Positions 56,301-64,000 of a DNA stretch of 64,000 nt are shown here, one piece after another. The notes beneath the pieces were generated by a model that was not told the origin of the DNA, searched no databases, and saw nothing but the letters and a program-made list of their open reading frames with translations. Position 1 is the first letter of the stretch; each line of letters begins with the position of its first letter. Origin of the DNA: Anaerolineae bacterium. GTDB taxonomy: Bacteria; Chloroflexota; Anaerolineae; UBA1429. The stretch lies in contig OY776562.1 in assembly GCA_963675785.1 (NCBI GenBank), positions 896,001 through 960,000 on the forward strand, read 5' to 3'. The translations under genes were made by a program, and so were the position numbers.

Positions 56301-59110
56301 ATCGTCCATTTGGCGTACAGCGTCGTATCCTTGGTAATGGTATACGGGAACGTCACTGGCGTAGTCAGTGATGCATCGCTGTACCAGCCGGAAAAGGTAT
56401 AATTGGCTTTGGTTGTACTCGGCGAAGAATTGATTGTAGTATCGTAGGCCTGTGTGACAGCGTCCACCGCACTCCCGCCGTTGGCATTGAACGTTATCGT
56501 ACATAAATTCGCCGTCCATTTCGCATACAGCGTATGGCTCGACGCATTGGTAACAGGTGTAGAATCGGTAATCTCGCTGCCTGTGCCGTTATCCCCAGTC
56601 CACCAGCCATCGAACGTATAGCCTGTTTTGGTGGGGGTGGGCAACGCGTCGTCCGTCGTTCCATCTGAAGCTTTGCCGTACGCACTACCATACTGCTTAG
56701 ACTGAGAGGATGGCGTAACAGCCCCGCCCTCCGCGTCGAACGTCACCGTGACCAGTGTAGTTCCTGTCACGGTACACGTTGCGTTAACTTTGCTACTCAA
56801 CGACGTAATACTCAGCGTGGCGGTCGTTTCGCTGCTCGTGCCCTCACCCGACCACGCGTATGTATACGTCGTCGCACCCGCTCCATCCACGGTGATAACG
56901 ACCGTCTTCCCGGCCAGTACCGCTGCACCGCTCGCTATCGCAGAACCATTTGCGGTTGCTGATATGGTACTGCCTGATGCTGTTCCAAGGTTCGATACTG
57001 CAAAGCTCACCGTATAGTAATTGACCGATGCGCTGCCATTTGCATCGTTAATCGTGATATTCGATCCCGTATCCGAACCGCCGATATAGATATCATATGT
57101 TCCGTTCAGCACAGACGCCGAATATGCACCTGTTACGCCGGTAGAAGCTGCGGTGGCGATTGTACTGCCGCTTTGCCATAGTTCAACGTTGCCTGATGCA
57201 GATGTGGAAGTCCCGTCTTTATAGACATGAATTGTTGCCGTATACGGTATAACAAAGGCAGCGGAATTTTGAGCGTCGCCAACCGCAGCAATAGCTTTGA
57301 GCGTATGATGACCTTCTGCCAAACTAGACGGCATAGAATATGTATAGATGCCGGTTGATGCGCTGGTCGTATACGTGCCGACACTTGTATTATCTATGAA
57401 TAGCTCAAATTCCTGCGAGAACATGACATTGTCGGACGCGTCTTTCAGCACGACATCAGCCGTTGTGGGGCTGACGCTGCTGTCAAGAGTGATTTCGACT
57501 AAGGCTGCCGCCGTCCTGCTTAGGGATACCGCATAGTATCTTGCAATTGCAGTATCCTGTGCGGTTACAAGAATGTATGCGGACGTGTTACTTCCAGCTG
57601 TGAGCGGAATAGTGTCTGTCCCTGTGACTTCTACTGTATAGTCACTATCCGAAAACAACTTGAAGGATGCGTTGCTCGCCACGATAATATCGGAGCGCCC
57701 TAGTTCATCTTTGGATTGGTCGACCACCATTCCCCAGCTTGTAGCATTCCCCTTGCTTGTGCCGTCGCCGCCAGAAGGGGTGTTGTCCGTTTGAAGGCAT
57801 ACGCTTGTCAACCCCGCATCGTCCGATAGAGTATTCAACTCTATCTCCGATCCGTAAACTATCCCTGCATTATTTGCAGCGTATGCTCTGACATAATAGG
57901 TCGCGCTCGCGCTAAGTGTATCTATGGTACCCGAAAATGCACCTGTACCGGTACCCATACTGACTTTGGTTACGCCAACCCCGTCAATAGCAGGATCATG
58001 ATCGGCAGAATAAACAATTCCTCTCTCTATATTTGAATCGTTGCCGTCATTTGTCACATTGCCGCCCAAAACTGCTGACTTTGACGTAATAGCTAAAGCC
58101 GCAGCGGTTGTTACCGCAGGCTTATCAATAACCTTTAGCGTACGAGAAACCTGCGGGGCAGCGCTATAGGTCTCATTCCCCGCTTGATTTGCAGCGATTT
58201 CCGCCGTTCCAGCACTGTGTAGCGTGACCGTCGAACCTGAAACCGTTGCAACATCAGTATTAGAGGATGTATAAGTAATAGGAAGGCCGGAGCTTGTGGT
58301 TGCCGCGAGCTCAAAACTTGCGCTTTCCAGCGTTTTAATGGGCAGCTCGGGAAAAGTAATAACCTGGGTCTCTTTTGAGATTTCGCCACCAGACTGAGCG
58401 TTTGAATAGAAAATAAAATCGTCGATCAACCCCGTATAGCCGTACCAGACGGATACTTGATTGGGAAGGCCCATTTCCGATCTAGACCATGCGGCATTCG
58501 TCCCAATCTGGTTGTATCTCATAGAAAGATGCCGCGGCACACCAGTTGCTTCTCCGATAACTGAACCGTCTAAATATACTTTTATCGAGTTTTCCCCCGA
58601 AGTCATGACGACTCTGTGCCAATTTCCATCGTTGACCGCACTGCTGGATACAACAGTCATGGAAGAGCCGATCCACATCTCCGCATACAGTCTTCCGTCA
58701 GGAAGTATGCATAATATTGGAACGAACTCTGTTGGTGTGGTTTGTGCTGCCGACGTATTCTGATACCCAAATAGGCCGCCATATTCCGAACCCGTTGCCT
58801 TGAATCTCATCGAGACAGTGAAAGAGGTGTTGTTCAATATCATGTTTTCAGGAAGGCTGACCCAGCCGTTGCCGTTTAAACGTATCGCCTGTCCCGTGTA
58901 ACCCGTGTCATATGTAACCGTCCCGCCGGTGCTTCCGTTATTGCCATTTCCACTTGCATCCAGGACATTTCCATCAAAGTTATAGTAAATAAGAATGTTG
59001 TCATCAGCAGCGAGGGCCGGAATAGGAGTCATCGATATCAGCAGGGCAATGCCCACTATGACAGCAAGCATTCCTGGCTTCCACATATGTGTCTTTCTTT
59101 TTGTGTTCAC
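53354..59110 (-). CDS. Large surface protein: signal peptide, LamG/ConA-like lectin, Ig-like domains, multiple InlB B (Flg_new) repeats, C-terminal TM anchor
   Basis: ALA/A signal, YYNFDG..D.SGNG, VNDGNWH and IDDF (LamG). Repeated F.TNGGS...PT(K/R).GY.F.GWY...LYAKW. Hydrophobic helix and RRRRRQKQ tail. Confidence 0.9.
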   Translation of the reverse strand: MNTKRKTHMWKPGMLAVIVGIALLISMTPIPALAADDNILIYYNFDGNVLDASGNGNNGSTGGTVTYDTGYTGQAIRLNGNGWVSLPENMILNNTSFTVSMRFKATGSEYGGLFGYQNTSAAQTTPTEFVPILCILPDGRLYAEMWIGSSMTVVSSSAVNDGNWHRVVMTSGENSIKVYLDGSVIGEATGVPRHLSMRYNQIGTNAAWSRSEMGLPNQVSVWYGYTGLIDDFIFYSNAQSGGEISKETQVITFPELPIKTLESASFELAATTSSGLPITYTSSNTDVATVSGSTVTLHSAGTAEIAANQAGNETYSAAPQVSRTLKVIDKPAVTTAAALAITSKSAVLGGNVTNDGNDSNIERGIVYSADHDPAIDGVGVTKVSMGTGTGAFSGTIDTLSASATYYVRAYAANNAGIVYGSEIELNTLSDDAGLTSVCLQTDNTPSGGDGTSKGNATSWGMVVDQSKDELGRSDIIVASNASFKLFSDSDYTVEVTGTDTIPLTAGSNTSAYILVTAQDTAIARYYAVSLSRTAAALVEITLDSSVSPTTADVVLKDASDNVMFSQEFELFIDNTSVGTYTTSASTGIYTYSMPSSLAEGHHTLKAIAAVGDAQNSAAFVIPYTATIHVYKDGTSTSASGNVELWQSGSTIATAASTGVTGAYSASVLNGTYDIYIGGSDTGSNITINDANGSASVNYYTVSFAVSNLGTASGSTISATANGSAIASGAAVLAGKTVVITVDGAGATTYTYAWSGEGTSSETTATLSITSLSSKVNATCTVTGTTLVTVTFDAEGGAVTPSSQSKQYGSAYGKASDGTTDDALPTPTKTGYTFDGWWTGDNGTGSEITDSTPVTNASSHTLYAKWTANLCTITFNANGGSAVDAVTQAYDTTINSSPSTTKANYTFSGWYSDASLTTPVTFPYTITKDTTLYAKWTMDTYMVTFMNDDLVYTVTSANSGTKIVAPDDPTRAGYTFGGWYKEAACTNKWNFDTDTITANVYLYAKWTINTYTVTFEDWDGTVLKTQTVKYSNAATAPEHPQRVGYTFAGWNKDFDEITYNMTVTAQYTINTFAVMFNTNGGSIVSSQNIKYGSNVTQPQDPTKDGYVFDGWYSDSNFNNAYNFAAKVTANIMLYAKWTMDTYMVTFMNDGLVYTITSANSGTKLVAPDDPTRAGYTFGGWYKEAACTNRWNFDTDTLTANAYLYAKWTINTYTVTFEDWDGTVLKTQTVKYSNAATAPEHPQRVGYTFASWNKDFDEITYNMTVTAQYTINTFAVMFNTNGGSIVSSQNIKYGSNVTQPQDPTKDGYVFDGWYSDSNFNNAYNFAAKVTANITLYAKWTMNTYMVTFMNDGLVHTVTSANSSMKIVAPDDPTRAGYTFGGWYKEAACTNRWNFDTDTLTANAYLYAKWTINTYTVTFEDWDGTVLKTQTVKYSNAATAPEHPQRVGYTFASWNKDFDEITYNMTVTAQYTINTFAVTFNTNGGSIVSRQNIKYGSNVTQPQDPTKDGYVFDGWYSDSNFGNAYNFAAKVTANITLYAKWTEVADTAQKVAQSLTLETAFKFAEGDTWECVTSSFVLLGDANSGAQITWTSSNANVVRIEQNGSSATGVITRPQNNDASIVITATITKNGDTVSETFLLIVKQEGASKDETRDATERTASVQAGDNAGNETIYRTTLNDGTNIDYIMVTSDTVQALIDLGYPVEHFVITVENDVDDPADEFAFEISSNTVLTLAQNGLGVILESPAGTVTLSADALEQAAQSGASLYFRIVPVSEEAEEAEEAFFGDSAIFSLSNVAGQVFGTPKTIQTNMESFATTITLPLEGLSEEQLADEEFLKTLCVYVEHDDGTTELAYGMLVYTDNIPTGIRFDISKFSRFQVVSVEQAASSPWIWIVCIASGGLVILLLLIIRRRRRQKQVQF
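54494..56320. repeat. Three near-identical tandem 603-bp (201-aa, three B-repeat) units
   Basis: cgtccatttggc recurs at 54494, 55097, 55700 and 56303, with near-identical sequence between these points. Confidence 0.95.
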
Positions 59111-59298
59111 GATTGGTTCCCTTCGTATTTAGTTTTGGTCAAGAGGTAAAGGCGTATCTGGCGCTTAAATCTATAAAGACACACTTAATGGAAAGTTGTC
59201 TTTAAAAACGCCATATACTTGATAACATCACCTTATTCAATTCCTTTACTTGCATATTTAAAAGTTACCCTTTCAAAACATAAAAAGGGTACGAGCCA

Positions 59299-59333
59299 AT
59301 ACTATCAATCCGTGCACACCAAAAGCACACCAA
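59299..59333 (-). promoter_or_regulatory. Candidate response-regulator site (11-bp-period direct repeat) and -10 box
   Basis: The minus strand has TTGGTGTGC twice (59325-59333, 59314-59322), then TAGTAT (59299-59304) 9 nt downstream. Confidence 0.5.
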
Positions 59334-59364
59334 TCGGTGTCGAAAAAAACGTTGAATCGTATAT

Positions 59365-60168
59365 TTATCGTCTATTTATTTTATTGCTTAAATAGCCTGT
59401 AATCATTTCTGCCCAGCTGTAGTTACTCATAAACTCACCCATATATGCATTCACAGCGGCAGCATCCCCTTTTAAAAACCGGTAATAATCACAATTCACC
59501 TTTGTAACGTTTACAGAAATACTGTTGCGTTGTTTGACGATGATATCCTCGACTCCGGCCTTTCTCAATGTTTTCATCATGTCGGATATCACCGTTTGCA
59601 CCTGGTTTTGAAGAGAACGGTTGTACTCCCTTGTTTCCCATATGGCCGCAGCTAGCTCCGCGACGGTTACACTGCTGCCGTTTTTGCTGACAATATACGC
59701 AAGCGCCTCTTTTGTTTTCTTACGAAGAAAAACAAGTGGCGTATTGTCCACAAAGATGTCAAAGTTGCCAAAGGTTTGTATACGTACACGGAAGGATGAA
59801 GTTTTTACCGGCGTACGCAGGTCATCTAGTTCTCTGCTGATATCTTCTGCCAGAACAGGCTTCATCAGATAACCGCTGGCGTGCAGGCTGTGGGCATCCA
59901 ACGCATATTGGGAGTAGCTTGTCACAAAAATGATATTGGTTTTGGGGCAGGCATCTTTGAATCTTTTCGCTAGAGAAATGCCATCTATGCCCGGCATCTC
60001 GATATCCAGAAACGCCACATCAGGTATAAAGCCATCGTCGCTCAGCATTATGAGCGCCTCAGAAGAGTTGGTAAAACTGGCTATGTCACATTCCGGCAGT
60101 ATCTTTTTGATTTCCTGAACCATTCCGCTCATCGCCAGCGGTTCATCATCAACTACAATAATCTTCAT
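59365..60168 (-). CDS. Response regulator (REC + SARP-like winged helix)
   Basis: Motifs IIVVDDE, FLDIEMP, FVT, GYLMKP, IQTFGNF, KEALAY and AAIWE. Confidence 0.9.
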   Translation of the reverse strand: MKIIVVDDEPLAMSGMVQEIKKILPECDIASFTNSSEALIMLSDDGFIPDVAFLDIEMPGIDGISLAKRFKDACPKTNIIFVTSYSQYALDAHSLHASGYLMKPVLAEDISRELDDLRTPVKTSSFRVRIQTFGNFDIFVDNTPLVFLRKKTKEALAYIVSKNGSSVTVAELAAAIWETREYNRSLQNQVQTVISDMMKTLRKAGVEDIIVKQRNSISVNVTKVNCDYYRFLKGDAAAVNAYMGEFMSNYSWAEMITGYLSNKINRR

Positions 60169-61961
60169 TATCCCTTCTTATTTGGAATATGCATCCGTAC
60201 AGTTGTCCCTTTTCCTAGACGGCTCATGATCTCCACATTGCCACCGCACATGGTACGAACCCTCATGCGAACATTTTCTATTCCTGTGTGACCTTTTCCA
60301 TCATGGATATCTGACGGGTCGAATCCTGCGCCATCGTCGCTGATCTCGATCGTAACGCCATGAGTACTCTCATATGTTCGAATCGTCACGGTTCCTCCTT
60401 CGGGCTTTTTGGCAACACCATGGCGAATCGCATTCTCAACCAATGGCTGTACGGACAGCACCGGAACAAAGCACTGTGCATGGCCGATGTCATAAACCAC
60501 TTTCAGTCTGTTACCAAATCGCATCTTTTCGATATCCACATAGTTTTGGACATGCCTCAGCTCATGGTCAAAAGGAATCAAGTTGGATTGGTTTAAAGAG
60601 TCCATATTGCCGCGAAGATACCGTGTAAAACTGACTAGCGCCTCTTCAGCCCTATCGGGTGATTCTCGGTACAAGAAGCGAATATCATTTAGCGTGTTGA
60701 AAAGAAAATGCGGTTGAATTTGACTGAGCATGACTACCAACCGGTTTTGCAGCAACTCGTACTTGAGCGCCATGTTTTCTTCATGTTTTCTTACATTCGT
60801 CCGTATCACGCGAACAAACTGATAAAACTGCAGCAAAATCGATAGTGAAAAACCATACTTTACGATTGACCGCTCTGGTATATGGATTAATAACCCATTT
60901 ATATTATCAATAAATGAAGATGTAAATAACGGCAGCCACGAAAGCAGCATCAGCAGTGCTTGCCTGTTTTTTAAAAACAGCCCCTCATAGCCCATCAGGA
61001 GTATCACCGCTATCACAGCGACAGTGCTCCATACAACCGCCAGATTCTGCATATCGTACAGATCATATGCGCCAGATATTTGTATGAGGATGGCCGCTAA
61101 TAAAAACAGCAACGATATACAGCTCAAAAAACATGCCAACCTTTTTTCCGCGTTATTTTCCAGAAAAGTACAAGTATAAAAAAGAAACACAGATGGTATG
61201 ATATATATCAGAATAATATCCATCATATTGAAAAGAAGCGGATTCTTAAACAACAGCGTTAAATACGGATAACCTCCATCAAATAGTATCCACAGTCCTC
61301 CCAAAATGGTTACACCAGAAAGCCCTACGCCACGTTCCATGCCAGGTGTTTTATAGCATTTGGCAGCAACGCTGAAAATCAGCATGGCAATTCCAATTAT
61401 AAAAAAGGCCCCCCCTAAAATAATTAAGGGTATCTTATCCAGCAGTAATTCATATAGCTCATACCCATGCCCGAGGTATATGCAATGGATAAAATCGTCA
61501 AAGACGTTTGATGCTCTGCCCTCATATATATTTTCAAGAACGATCTCGATATCATCAAGCTGGCTGATTCCAGGCGAAACATAATGCCCCCACGTCATTC
61601 CAGCCGTTTTAGACGAATCCAGTAGGGACTCTTCGTCGCCAAAGCTATATACTTTCTCGCCATTGATGTGAATTGTCGCCCGTATATTATCAAGGCGCAG
61701 CATAAGAACCCATCCTTTGGGAACATCCATAGAAAAGTGTCCGTTGATGGTTACGGTATGAAGCTGTTGACTTTCTATTACCGAATCTTCCGTCAGCTCT
61801 ATAGGCTCTTGCCCATCCACGCTGTAGCTGCCAACAATGCGAACCTGCATAACAGCTTCGGCTGATTCATTATCGCCGCCGTGTATAGTTAGGTAAATCA
61901 ATGACGCGATACTGATCACACATAAAATCGCAAGTATATGGTAAAGATATTTGAAGCGCAT
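60168..61961 (-). CDS. Membrane sensor histidine kinase (LytS/YesM His_kinase type)
   Basis: Multiple transmembrane segments. Motifs SQIQPHFLFNTL, QPLVENAIRHG, DDGAGF and GIENVR.R. Confidence 0.92.
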   Translation of the reverse strand: MRFKYLYHILAILCVISIASLIYLTIHGGDNESAEAVMQVRIVGSYSVDGQEPIELTEDSVIESQQLHTVTINGHFSMDVPKGWVLMLRLDNIRATIHINGEKVYSFGDEESLLDSSKTAGMTWGHYVSPGISQLDDIEIVLENIYEGRASNVFDDFIHCIYLGHGYELYELLLDKIPLIILGGAFFIIGIAMLIFSVAAKCYKTPGMERGVGLSGVTILGGLWILFDGGYPYLTLLFKNPLLFNMMDIILIYIIPSVFLFYTCTFLENNAEKRLACFLSCISLLFLLAAILIQISGAYDLYDMQNLAVVWSTVAVIAVILLMGYEGLFLKNRQALLMLLSWLPLFTSSFIDNINGLLIHIPERSIVKYGFSLSILLQFYQFVRVIRTNVRKHEENMALKYELLQNRLVVMLSQIQPHFLFNTLNDIRFLYRESPDRAEEALVSFTRYLRGNMDSLNQSNLIPFDHELRHVQNYVDIEKMRFGNRLKVVYDIGHAQCFVPVLSVQPLVENAIRHGVAKKPEGGTVTIRTYESTHGVTIEISDDGAGFDPSDIHDGKGHTGIENVRMRVRTMCGGNVEIMSRLGKGTTVRMHIPNKKG

Positions 61962-62177
61962 GATGTTCTTTTTATTTCCTCTCCATATAGCAATACTATT
62001 TTAGTATTTATTGAATGACTGCCAGCGTCAACTCAAGCTTGAGATTTATCTGAATGCAATTGATTTTATCGTTCTACGGCGTTATGAATTGCCCCTAGCA
62101 GGGCATAACTGTATTGCCCGAGGTGACAGGATAAAATAAAACTAGAGGCATTATGCGCGTTTACGAAAGTAAACGAC

Positions 62178-62234
62178 AAATCCGAACGCCTCTCCAACAA
62201 CCAAGAGAGGGTTCGGATTTAATCACTGTGGTGG
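62178..62234. repeat. Element-end inverted repeat next to a CCACCA core (candidate att end)
   Basis: aaatccgaac.cctctc / gagagg.gttcggattt, then tggtgg at 62229-62234, exactly where the MBL pseudogene reading breaks off. Confidence 0.5.
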
Positions 62235-62556
62235 CCAGTCGATGTGATTGACAACGAGCCAAGTGCTCAGGGCTTTTGCGGTGCCAGATTCAGGCAGATG
62301 GATATGGGTGTGGCCTTGGGCGTGGCGTTGGATGATGGCCTTGATGATACTGGGCAAGCCTGAGGCGTGATTTTCGTGCATGTGGGTAATAAAACAGCCC
62401 GAATGCGAGAAGATCGATGTTTTGCCGTTCTAGCAAAGCGTTGATGCCCAAACTGACGTCAATGAGTTAGTGGTTATCTTGGGTAGTAACCAGAATAGAA
62501 GAAAAAGTGCTCAAGTTAACTGTGGATGTCACAACTGCCAGATGTAGTAGTCTCAT
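62235..62556 (-). pseudogene. 5' fragment of RNase Z/MBL-fold metallo-hydrolase pseudogene
   Basis: GGAGGA precedes ATG 62556. It reads MRLLHL...SSILV...NH*LIDVSLG...NID, then after a frameshift CFITHMHENHASGLP (HxHxDH-like), ending at HIDW. Confidence 0.7.
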
Positions 62557-62680
62557 GCGTCTCCTCCGCTCAAAAGGGCGAATACGGCGACGAGGGACTG
62601 TATAAAAAGGTGGGCGCAATGATCCTCCCCCGATCGCTGTCGGCTTGTGCTCGCAATCCAGAGTTTTCTACTTATTATAG

Positions 62681-62720
62681 CAAGATGCCACTTGACTATG
62701 GGCAGCCAAGTGGCATCTTG
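62681..62720 (-). terminator. Hairpin downstream of the chromate transporter pair
   Basis: Stem caagatgccacttg/caagtggcatcttg. Confidence 0.7.
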
Positions 62721-62730
62721 GGATGTTTAG

Positions 62731-63306
62731 CTAGACGATAAAGATGGCGCCGACTACACCGGCAAGGAGAACCAACAGGATCGGACTGACCTTGAAGCGG
62801 ATATTGGCTACTGCGGCAGCAACAAAAATGGCCACAGCGGTGAGTGACAGGGTTCCCAGGGGATCACTCAGCAGGGTGGAGACACTCATGCCAGGGGTCA
62901 ACAAGACGCCGGAGGCAATGGTCACGGTGGCCACACCGATGAGACCTACGGCTGCTGGCCTAACACCTGCCAAAAAGCCCTTGAGCAAGGGGCTATCCTG
63001 GTAGCGGGCAACTAGATGCGCAAAGAGCGATACATAGATGAAGGAGGGAATCGTTACGCCAATAGTGGCGGCTAGTGCGCCCCAAAAGCCCGAATCGAGA
63101 AAGCCCACATAGGTAGCGGCATTGATGGCAATGGGGCCGGGTACCAACAGATCAAGCGCGTTCAAATCGGCCAACTGCTCAATGGTGACGGCGTATTTGA
63201 GCGACTCTGTCATAATCATGGAGAGCATTGCATAACCGCCGCCAAAGCCCACCATGCCGATCTTGAAAAAGGTATAGAACAGCTTGAGGCATTGCAAAAT
63301 GATCAT
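62731..63306 (-). CDS. Short-chain chromate transporter (CHR) subunit
   Basis: Motifs FFKIG..GFGGGYAM, PGPIAINAATYVG, IPS and GVRPAAVGL. Confidence 0.9.
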   Translation of the reverse strand: MIILQCLKLFYTFFKIGMVGFGGGYAMLSMIMTESLKYAVTIEQLADLNALDLLVPGPIAINAATYVGFLDSGFWGALAATIGVTIPSFIYVSLFAHLVARYQDSPLLKGFLAGVRPAAVGLIGVATVTIASGVLLTPGMSVSTLLSDPLGTLSLTAVAIFVAAAVANIRFKVSPILLVLLAGVVGAIFIV

Positions 63307-63869
63307 GCGGCTTGCTCCGTGCGGGTGCTCTTGAACCACTGGTATGCCAGACCCGTCAGGCCGGCTAACAGGATGGCCAGAGGTGCGCTCCAACTGGTGA
63401 ACAGAACTAGCGCAAAGGTGGCTGCTGCGATCACGATGGCTAGGGCGTTCTTGAGGTTATGCCGACCGAGGGTAAAGGCGGCGGATAGAATCATGGCTGC
63501 CGAGGCAGCGCGAATACCACGAAAGGCACCCACCATGCGACCTTCCTGGGGGACGAACTGCAAAAGAACGGTCGCCAGGATCATCAAGATAAAGGCGGAA
63601 GAGATCGCACCCAGCGTGGCTACTAACATGCCAATAAAGCCTGCTGTACTGCGCCCTACAAACGAGGCACAGTTGACGGCAATGATGCCAGGTAGTGTTT
63701 GGGCGAGGGTGGCATATTCTACAAAGTCCTCGCGCGGCATGAGCTTGTATTTTTCGACCACGTCCTTTTCGATCAAAGGCAACATGGCCAATCCGCCGGC
63801 AAAGGTAAACGTGCCTGCCTTGAAAAAGGTGGCGAACAGCGCCCACAATTTCTTGATATCGACTTGCAT
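63303..63869 (-). CDS. Short-chain chromate transporter (CHR) subunit
   Basis: Motifs FFKAGTFTFAGG, AQTLPGIIAVN and FRGIR. ATGA overlap with its partner gene. Confidence 0.88.
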   Translation of the reverse strand: MQVDIKKLWALFATFFKAGTFTFAGGLAMLPLIEKDVVEKYKLMPREDFVEYATLAQTLPGIIAVNCASFVGRSTAGFIGMLVATLGAISSAFILMILATVLLQFVPQEGRMVGAFRGIRAASAAMILSAAFTLGRHNLKNALAIVIAAATFALVLFTSWSAPLAILLAGLTGLAYQWFKSTRTEQAA

Positions 63870-64000
63870 GAAATCCTCTCTCTTTTTGGACCAACAAGAG
63901 ATATAGAATGTCCGAACAGATTCCTGCAGTGCGTCCACATTCTATACTCGGGTATCATATCTGCGTATACGATCTGGGCCAAATCGAGTAAGGGGTGACG

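Larger units (their letters stand above)
52760..62234. mobile_element. Decayed integrative element / genomic island, Firmicutes-like
   Basis: Visibly AT-richer than the flanks, with Clostridia-type cargo and mobilisation-gene relics at the left end. An inverted repeat plus CCACCA marks the right end. It is flanked by two halves of a pseudogene. The left boundary is approximate. Confidence 0.6.

Noticed and set aside
54494-56320. Possible CRISPR array or DGR template/variable repeats
   Set aside because: The repeats are 603-bp in-frame coding units without spacers. There is no cas or reverse transcriptase gene in the window.
62229-62310. tRNA gene ending in CCACCA on the minus strand
   Set aside because: There is no cloverleaf or T-loop GTTC upstream. 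The sequence translates as the MBL pseudogene.
62526-62741. 71-aa plus-strand ORF
   Set aside because: It crosses a terminator hairpin and the pseudogene start, with no recognisable features.

Overview
This is a gene-dense chromosomal window from a moderately GC-rich anaerobic bacterium. The gene content suggests Chloroflexota/Anaerolineae, but that is inference only. I found no rRNA, tRNA or CRISPR array. From left to right: (1) a mixed operon (PEP-utilising His-swivel protein, ROK fructokinase, macrodomain, C-terminally truncated His-tailed LarC, Eis-like GNAT). (2) A DtxR-FeoA regulator / FeoC-like / SufC-SufB two-gene (SMS-type) Fe-S operon with a consensus promoter and a DtxR-type box. 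(3) PepC, YibE/F, an M16 protease and several membrane genes. (4) An orphan GrpE-like + Zn-ribbon-TPR pair converging on a tightly coupled five-gene, zinc-ribbon-rich operon (Ser/Thr kinase-FHA, PP2C, vWA, 4xZnR-FHA, membrane kinase), bracketed by two proteins with HEPN-type RxxxxH motifs. (5) Two near-identical tandem family-5 solute-binding lipoproteins. (6) A liv-type ABC operon with a long structured leader, plus an amidohydrolase. (7) A Crp/Fnr(HcpR)-ferredoxin-hcp locus. (8) A catabolic-looking operon (methyltransferase, ABC-F, URO-D family, unknowns, sulfatase, isomerase). (9) A roughly 9.5-kb decayed, AT-richer, Firmicutes-like island (two-component system, 1918-aa LamG/InlB-B-repeat surface protein, mobilisation relics). 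It appears to sit inside, and split, an RNase Z/MBL-fold pseudogene. (10) A short-chain chromate transporter pair. All family calls come from motif recognition by eye; no database searches were run.
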